From: Candidatus Multivorans sp.
GTDB lineage: Bacteria > Acidobacteriota > Thermoanaerobaculia > Multivoradales > Multivoraceae
Length of the DNA: 64,000 nt
Reading direction: 5' to 3'
Assembly (NCBI GenBank): GCA_965224025.1
Contig: OZ245033.1
Span: 96,001 to 160,000, forward strand
In this document: positions 56,372 to 64,000 of the stretch, piece by piece
Position numbering within the stretch: the stretch's first letter is position 1
How the letters are laid out: every line of letters begins with the position of its first letter
Program-made: the position numbers and the translations under genes
The notes under the pieces: generated by a model
Database searches by the model: none
The model's input: the letters and a program-made list of their open reading frames with translations, nothing else
What the model was told of the DNA's origin: nothing

Positions 56372-57406
56372 TCAGATGCGCGGCAGGACCTCGTCCGTAA
56401 AGAGAACGAACGAGCCGTGACTGAGCGGGGCGCAAAGGAGATAGTCGAGGAACATCTCTTCCTTCAGCCGGGCGATCTCGTCCACCAGTTCGTTCGGCGT
56501 GCCGTAGAGGATGACGCCGTTCAGATACCGGTCGACCGCGGACTGTTCCTCGGCGCTCTGACTGAAGGCAGGGGCCGCCAGTTCCGGCCGCTCGAGGTTT
56601 CGCCTCGTATCGGTCGCAACCGGCCGGGTCCCCTTCTGCTTGTGTGACCTGATGGTCCACAAGGCGCCGGCGCGAGCGATCTCCTCCGCTTCGGCCCGGG
56701 TACGTGCACAGGCGATCAGACGCGCCATCGGGATCTCCCGGCCCTCGATCGCGTGGCCGTGCGACTCGAGGATCTCCCGGTACAGCTCTCGCTTCTCGGC
56801 GATCCGGTCGTGCGCCGAGTGCGGGTCGAGCATGATCGAGAAGCCGTTCTCGGCAGCCCAGGTCATCGACTCCGGCGACGACGATGCAAGCCACACCGGA
56901 GGGTGCGGCTTCTGCGCCGGCTTCGGCAGCACCTCGACATCGCGGCACTGGAAGTGCTCGCCCTCGAAGGTGAGGCTCTCATTCGTCCAGGCGCCGACCA
57001 CCGCCTGCACGTGTTCCCGGAACACCGGATAGCTGTGCCGCGGGTCAACGCCGAACGCCCTGAACTCGCCCTCCGCGTATCCACGGCCGACGCCCCAGTT
57101 GACCCGACCGCCGGAGAGCACGTCGAGCAGCGCCACCTCCTCCGCCAAGCGCAGCGGGTTGTAGAACGGCGCCAGGGAGACGCCGGTGCCGATCCGCAGG
57201 TTCTTCGTCCTCGCCGCCACCTCGATACCCATCATGTGGATCGAGGGACAGATGCTGAACGAGCTGAAGTGATGCTCGGCCAACCACACCGCGTCGTAGC
57301 CGTTCCGGTCCATGATGTCGATGCGCTGGAACGCTCGGCGGTAGACCTCTTCCAGCGGAATCCGCCGGTCGGGCCAGGAGAAGAACTGGAGGACTGCGGC
57401 CTTCAT
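56372..57406 (-). CDS. Luciferase-like (LLM) flavin-dependent oxidoreductase
   Basis: VWLAEHHF, PLRLAEEVALLDVLSGGR, PKPAQKPHPPVW. Confidence 0.92.
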   Translation of the reverse strand: MKAAVLQFFSWPDRRIPLEEVYRRAFQRIDIMDRNGYDAVWLAEHHFSSFSICPSIHMMGIEVAARTKNLRIGTGVSLAPFYNPLRLAEEVALLDVLSGGRVNWGVGRGYAEGEFRAFGVDPRHSYPVFREHVQAVVGAWTNESLTFEGEHFQCRDVEVLPKPAQKPHPPVWLASSSPESMTWAAENGFSIMLDPHSAHDRIAEKRELYREILESHGHAIEGREIPMARLIACARTRAEAEEIARAGALWTIRSHKQKGTRPVATDTRRNLERPELAAPAFSQSAEEQSAVDRYLNGVILYGTPNELVDEIARLKEEMFLDYLLCAPLSHGSFVLFTDEVLPRI

Positions 57407-57438
57407 CGGCCGGCAATCGTCTCACAGTTGCCGAACGA

Positions 57439-57750
57439 CTATTGGCGGCGGCGCTTGTAGACGTAGGACAGGCCCTCCTCGGCGAAGGCGCGGCAGGCCT
57501 TGTCCTTGAACTCAACCGCCTTGTCCCACTCCTCGATGTCGTAGTAGTCGCGCTCGGCGACGACGCGGATCTCGCGTACCGTCCGCTCGTCGAGGTCGAG
57601 ACGCTCGGCGATCTCGCGGTCGGAGAGACCCCGGCGCCGCTTCTCTCCCGGCAGGTGCTCGTGGATGTCGACCTGGATCGAGTTCGAGAGTTCCAGGATC
57701 TCGTCGCGGTGACGGCGGTAGGTCTCCGGATCGATGAAGAAGAAAGCCAT
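57439..57750 (-). CDS. Small protein with HTH-like motif
   Basis: 103 aa; GLSDREIAERLDLDERTVREI. Confidence 0.7.
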   Translation of the reverse strand: MAFFFIDPETYRRHRDEILELSNSIQVDIHEHLPGEKRRRGLSDREIAERLDLDERTVREIRVVAERDYYDIEEWDKAVEFKDKACRAFAEEGLSYVYKRRRQ

Positions 57751-57766
57751 GTTCCGCCCTCGCCTT

Positions 57767-58654
57767 CTACGCCTTCTCCCGATACCCGGCGCCGACCGGG
57801 CAGACACGCATGCACTCCCAGCACTGGCCCTGACTCTGGGCGGCATAGGTCATCGACCAGAGAGTCTTCGTGAAGTGGCTTGAGTAGAGCACCATCTTGC
57901 GGGCCTCCGGATCCTCCTGGTCGAGGGCCAGTTCGAGCCCTTTCTGAAAGCCCGGAATCCAGTGCGTGTAGACCCGGGACGTGCAGCGCGCTGCGTCGTA
58001 CCGGCGTTCGACGAGCCGGCCGTTCTCGATCCGCCCGTCCAGGCAACCGCCGTCACCCAGGGGACACACGCGGGTGCACGGCGTCGCGCCTTCAGCCTCC
58101 CACATCTCGACGCAGGCCGGCGCCGGGCAGGCCGGTTCGGCCGGTTGCTCTGTGACCGGAAAGGGATACGTAGTGATGATCGCCGAGTAGAAGAGCAGGC
58201 CGTACTCGGGATGCAGCACGGGCCCGGCCAGACTGCGGGAGCCGCAACCGGCGAGTTCCGCCGCCAGCGCCACGCTCAAGAAAGGCTGGTTGCCGCGACG
58301 CACGCCCGGCGGCACGAACAGCGCGTAGTAGCCGAATTCGGCCTCGATGAACTTCGCCGTCTTGAGTCCGAGCGAGTTGATCCGGTCGCTGGTGCCCATC
58401 GTCTCCAGGTGCTCGTGAACCGGACTCGCCCAGTCGGCGGCCCGCGGCGGACTGCCGCCGACCACCACGACGCGGCGGGCCGAGGGCAAGAGGTCGCCGG
58501 GTCGGAAGCCCTCCGGCGCGTCCTCGAAGGCGTCGGCGTCGGCGTCGGCGACGCCCCAGGCAAGCGCGCCGCCGCGCTCGACCATCGCGGCCAGACGTCC
58601 GCGGGCAGCCGAGGTCTCCGACGCGGTCGGCGCCGCCGGCACGGCCTCGGTCAC
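57767..58654 (-). CDS. QueG/reductive-dehalogenase-like 4Fe-4S protein (paralog 2)
   Basis: PEGFRPGDLLPSARRVVV; AELAGCG; LHPEYG; CPAPAC-x11-CTRVCP...C...CWECMRVCP; GTGA coupling. Confidence 0.75.
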   Translation of the reverse strand: MTEAVPAAPTASETSAARGRLAAMVERGGALAWGVADADADAFEDAPEGFRPGDLLPSARRVVVVGGSPPRAADWASPVHEHLETMGTSDRINSLGLKTAKFIEAEFGYYALFVPPGVRRGNQPFLSVALAAELAGCGSRSLAGPVLHPEYGLLFYSAIITTYPFPVTEQPAEPACPAPACVEMWEAEGATPCTRVCPLGDGGCLDGRIENGRLVERRYDAARCTSRVYTHWIPGFQKGLELALDQEDPEARKMVLYSSHFTKTLWSMTYAAQSQGQCWECMRVCPVGAGYREKA

Positions 58655-59514
58655 TGGAGCCGCCTCTCGTGCATGCCGACCGGGCACACCCGCATGCACT
58701 CGAAGCACTGCGCCACGCTCTCCTTGTAGTGGCTGAGCGACGAAAGCGACTGGGTGAAGAAGTCCGAATAGACCATCGACCGGCGCCGCTCCCGGTCCTC
58801 CTCCGTAGTGATCTGCACCAGCGACTTCTGAATCGAACCGATGCCGAAGTTCATCGCCCGCGAGGTGCAGCGTTCGCGGTCGTAGTACGAATAGCTGATA
58901 CGGCCATCCTCGTCGATGGCGCCGTCCAGGCAACCGCCCTCGTCCTTCGGACACGACGCGAGGCACGGCGTGGTGCCCAGCTTCTCGTACATCTGGATGC
59001 AGGGCTTCGACGGGCAGACATCCTCCTCAAGCGGATGGTCCGGCTCAAGATCGAGGGTCGTGACCAGGGCGGCGTAGTACAGCAGGCCGTACTTCGGATG
59101 CAGGATGATGTTCGCGGCCAGCGAGCGTGTGCCGAGCCCCGCGAGCACCGCCGCCAGCATCATGCTCATCGGCGGGTTGTGGCCCGCGGTGGGCAGCGAC
59201 GGCGCCTGGAGCGCGCGGTGGCCGTGCTCACGCTCGATGTAGTCGCACATCACGTGGATCGCCACGTTCTCCCGGAAGTCGTAGCCTGTGATCTCCATCA
59301 CCCGGTGATCGGGACTTCGCCAGGCGCCAGCCGTCGGTCCCTGGTTGCCGGCGACGACGACGCTCCGGGCGCCGGGCAAGACGTCTTCCGGCCGATGTCC
59401 CTCCGGCACGAAATCGTTGAAGGCGTTCGCCGCCGCAACGCCGACCACGAGGGCCCCGGCGCCGGCGCCCACATCGCGCACAGCCGCCGTTCTCTGCTGT
59501 CGGGCGTCCGCCAT
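58651..59514 (-). CDS. QueG/reductive-dehalogenase-like 4Fe-4S protein (paralog 1)
   Basis: GALVVGVA; PEDVLPGARSVVV; AVLAGLG; LHPKYG; CPSKPC-x11-CLASCP...C...CFECMRVCP. Confidence 0.78.
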   Translation of the reverse strand: MADARQQRTAAVRDVGAGAGALVVGVAAANAFNDFVPEGHRPEDVLPGARSVVVAGNQGPTAGAWRSPDHRVMEITGYDFRENVAIHVMCDYIEREHGHRALQAPSLPTAGHNPPMSMMLAAVLAGLGTRSLAANIILHPKYGLLYYAALVTTLDLEPDHPLEEDVCPSKPCIQMYEKLGTTPCLASCPKDEGGCLDGAIDEDGRISYSYYDRERCTSRAMNFGIGSIQKSLVQITTEEDRERRRSMVYSDFFTQSLSSLSHYKESVAQCFECMRVCPVGMHERRLQ

Positions 59515-59543
59515 CGGGGGATCCGTCAGGTAGTGTGCTCCTC

Positions 59544-60263
59544 GTGAACTCCGGCGACGATAGCACCGGCACAGGGAACAACGCCGAGGTAGTCAACCCC
59601 TGGGAGGAACGGAAGGACCGCGGCAGAGTGTCGGCCCTCGTCGCTTCTCTGGTTCTCCTGGCCACTTCTCCTCGGAGGTTCTTCGAGGGGACTCGGGCCG
59701 ATGCAGGCATCTGGGGTCCGCTCCTCTTCCTGGGCGTGGTCGCCGTGCTCCTTGTCCTGCTGAACAGCGTGGTTCTCACGATCCTCGCCTTCACTCTTCC
59801 GGAACCGGCACTTGACCTCGTCTACCGAATGGAACTCTCGGGCGACCCGTCCGAGTCCGCCGGCTCGGAGGAGCTGCCGTTCGGGCCCGTCGTGAGCGCC
59901 ATCATCTTTCTGCAGGTTCTCCTGCTCTTCCTACCCGTCATCTTTGCCTTCACGCTGATCGTGGCGCCGGTGTTCGGCGCACTCGTCCACCTTCTTCTCA
60001 TCGTCACCCGCACACCGAGACCACACGGGTTCCGCGGTACCTGGGCCGTGATTTGCTACGCGAACGGAGCCAGCCTCCTGGGCATCGTTCCCATCGCGGG
60101 CGACATCCTGGGGGTCGTCTGCAGCGCGGCGCTGTTCGGGCTCGGTCTCCACGTCGTCCAGGGAGTCGGAGTCATCAGAGCCGCGGTTCTGGCCTCGATC
60201 CTGCCCCTGTTGCTGCTCTTGAACGTGCTGTTCCTTCGCGGCATGGAGGCCGCCACCCTCTGA
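59544..60263 (+). CDS. Yip1-family membrane protein
   Basis: NPWE, SPRRFF, 5 TM helices, FRGTWAVICYA, IPIAG. Confidence 0.75.
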   Translation: MNSGDDSTGTGNNAEVVNPWEERKDRGRVSALVASLVLLATSPRRFFEGTRADAGIWGPLLFLGVVAVLLVLLNSVVLTILAFTLPEPALDLVYRMELSGDPSESAGSEELPFGPVVSAIIFLQVLLLFLPVIFAFTLIVAPVFGALVHLLLIVTRTPRPHGFRGTWAVICYANGASLLGIVPIAGDILGVVCSAALFGLGLHVVQGVGVIRAAVLASILPLLLLLNVLFLRGMEAATL

Positions 60264-60304
60264 GGTGCGGGCGGGCGCCGAACCAAGACCCGCCTGACGC
60301 CGCC

Positions 60305-61341
<1,037 letters not shown>

Positions 61342-61342
<1 letters not shown>

Positions 61343-63885
61343 TGCGCGTTCCGCTCAGTTGGCTCGGCGATTTCGTCGAGCTCGAAGGCTCGCCCGAGGA
61401 GCTCGCCGAACTGCTCACCAACGCCGGCCTGGAAGTCAAGGCGATCGAGCGCTTCGGCGTCCACGGCGCCGAGTTGCCGTGGCCGGCGGACCTGGTCATG
61501 GCCGCGAAGGTCCTCCGCGTCGATCCGGCGCCGGACGCCGACCGCCTGGTGCTGGCAACCGTCGACTACGGCGCGGACTCGACGCGCCAGGTGGTCACCG
61601 GAGCGCCAAACCTCTTCCCGTACCTCGGCCAGGATCTTGCGGATGCCGACCTCTGGGGCGCCCTCCTGCTCGCCGGCGCCAGCTACCGCAACCCCTACCG
61701 CGACCTGAAGATCACACGCCTCAAGGCGAAGAAGCTCCGCGGCATCACGAGCGACGCGATGCTGTGTTCGGCGGCGGAACTCGGGCTCGGCGACGAACAC
61801 GAGGGCATCATCCTGTTCGAGCCGGCCGATGAGTTGCCGGCGCTCCGGCCCGGCCGGCCTCTGACCGAAGTGCTCGGGAACGTCGTCCTCGACATCGACG
61901 TGATCCCGAACATCGCCCGCTGCGCCTCGATCGTGGGGGTCGCGCGCGAGGTCGCCGCGCTCACCCGCGCCGCGTTCAAGCCGCCGGCCGTCCCGGTCAC
62001 CATGACGGGAGCGCCGATCGAGGGTCGCATCGAGATCGCCACCGAGAACCCGGAACTCAATCCCCGCTTCGCCGCCCTGCTCATCGAAGGCATGGAACAG
62101 GGGCCTTCGCCCTGGTGGATGCAGCACCGGCTGCAGCTCGCCGGCCAGCGCCCGATCAGCAACGTCGTCGACATCAGCAACTACGTGATGCTCGAGGTCG
62201 GTCAGCCGAACCACACCTTCGACTACGACCTGCTGCGGCAGCGCGCCGACGGGTACGCCCTGGACGGCCCGGTCCGGATCGTTACCCGTTTGGCCCACGC
62301 GGGCGAACGACTGACCACGCTCGACGGCGCCGAGCAGAAGCTGCGCCCGAACCAGATCCTGGTCACGGACCCGGCCGGCGCCTTGAGCGTCGGCGGCGTG
62401 ATGGGCGGCCGGGACAGCGAGATCGGCGCGGAAACCCGCAACGTCCTGCTCGAAGCGGCGGCCTGGGCGCCCCGGAGCATCCGGCGCACCCAGCGCCAGC
62501 TCGGCGTTCACACCGAGGCGGGTTTCCGCTTCAGCCGCGGCGTCCACCCCAGCCAGGCGCTGCTCGGCGCCAAGCGCGCGGCCGAACTGCTGCGGCGCCA
62601 CGCCGGCGGCGCCGTCGCTCACGGCATCATCGACCACCACCCGCAGCCCGCGCCGACCGTAACCGTCGATTTCGACCTCGGCTACCTGCGTCGCATCAGC
62701 GGCCTGGACCTCGGCGCAGAGGAGACTGCGGATTTGTTGCGGCGCCTGAAGTTCGAGGTCGAGGCGACGGACGACTCCACCGCCCTGCGCGTCACCGTTC
62801 CAGACCACCGCCTCGACATCGAAGGTCCGCACGACCTGGTCGAGGAGGTCTGCCGCATCTACGGCTACGACCGCATCCCCTCCACCGTCCTCAGCGACGT
62901 GCTGCCGCCCCAGCGCGGCAACCGCGAGCAGGCGTTCGAGGATCGGGTCAAGGACACCTTCGCCGACCTGGGGCTCCAGGAGATCGTGAGCTACCGGCTG
63001 ACCACGCCGGAGGCGGAAGCGAGACTGCGACTCGAGGACGCCGAGCCGCCGCTCTACATCCAGCTCGCCAAGCCCTCGACCCTCGACCGCGTGGTCATGC
63101 GCCGTAACCTGCTGGCGTCGGTGCTGGAGGCGGCGGCATCGAACAGCCGCTTCGCGGACCGGCTTGCCCTGTTCGAGGTCGGCCGCGTGTTCCCGGTGAA
63201 CGAGGGCGATTCGCTTCCGGAGGAGCGGCAGTGGGCCGCCGTCGTGCTCATCGGCCCGCGCCGGGGGAACCACTGGCAGGCGCCTGGCGACAACGACGAG
63301 TTCTTCGATTTCTTCGACGTCAAGGGCGTCGTCGAGGCCGTCTTCGACCGGCTCGGCCTGGAAGTTCAGTACACGACGACGCCGGAAGGCACGGCAGCAG
63401 CATTCCGCTCAGGTCGCTCGGCTGCGGTCCTGCTCGGCGGAGACGCAGAGCCCGTCGGTTGGCTCGGCGAAGTCCACCCGACCGTAGCCGCCAACTTCGG
63501 CCTCGAACCCGCGCCTGAACGACCCGTCCTGGCTGCCGAACTCGAACTCGACCGGATCATCGAACGCCTCCCCGATTCGCTCCAGCTCGCTCCCGTGCCC
63601 GTCTATCCCGAGGTGCGCGAGGACCTTGCGCTAATCGTCGACGAAGCGACACCGGCCGCCGCCGTCGAGAGAGCCCTGCTCGGGGCCGGCAAACCTCTGC
63701 TGTGCGCCGTCGACCTGTTCGACGTGTTCCGCGGCGAGGCGATCGGGGAAGGCTCGAAGAGCCTCGCCTACCACCTGACCTTCCGAGCGCCGAACCGGAC
63801 CCTGCGCGACCGGGACGTGAAAAAGCTTCGCAGGCGGATCCTGGGCCAGATCGGCCGAACGGTCGGCGCGAGGCTGCGGGAATAG
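61342..63885 (+). CDS. pheT: Phenylalanine-tRNA ligase beta subunit
   Basis: MRVPLSWL, VVTGAPN, NVVDISNYVMLE, DLVEEVCRIYGY, KSLAY FDX-ACB domain. Confidence 0.97.
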
Positions 63886-63889
63886 GCAC

Positions 63890-64000
63890 TCAGGCTCGGA
63901 CGCTCAGCCGCGACAGCAGCGCAATGACGGCATGCTCCACGCGGAGGGCCCGCCGCCCCAGGCTGACGGTACGGGCGCCGCCCCGCACAAACGAGGCGAG
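63890..64000 (-). CDS. rsmE: 3' end of 16S rRNA m3U1498 methyltransferase (partial)
   Basis: Minus strand ...VSLGRRALRVEHAVIALLSRL..stop matches the RsmE SLGxRxLRxE motif. Confidence 0.65.
   Translation of the reverse strand, partial: LASFVRGGARTVSLGRRALRVEHAVIALLSRLSVRA

Overview
High-GC bacterial chromosomal window. Gene content and protein style suggest Acidobacteriota (Thermoanaerobaculia-like); this is inference. It is mostly housekeeping and catabolic genes: moeA, pilC, holB-tmk, recD2, galK, a polyamine-type ABC transporter, boxCB, pdxH, pheST, tRNA-Sec and tRNA-Ala. These are interleaved with one IS110 element, three toxin-antitoxin-type pairs, several gene remnants and three families of structured intergenic repeats. 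Three loci stand out as uncharacterised. (1) A MamK-like actin, with no other magnetosome genes in the window, is translationally coupled to a membrane-anchored peptidoglycan amidase lacking an AMIN domain and lies divergent from an RND pump whose adaptor carries an AMIN domain. (2) An asparagine-synthase-like ligase / radical SAM / PrnC-like flavin halogenase cluster. (3) Tandem QueG/reductive-dehalogenase-like Fe-S proteins with a small HTH-like protein, a luciferase-like monooxygenase and pdxH. All calls come from reading motifs by eye; no searches were run.
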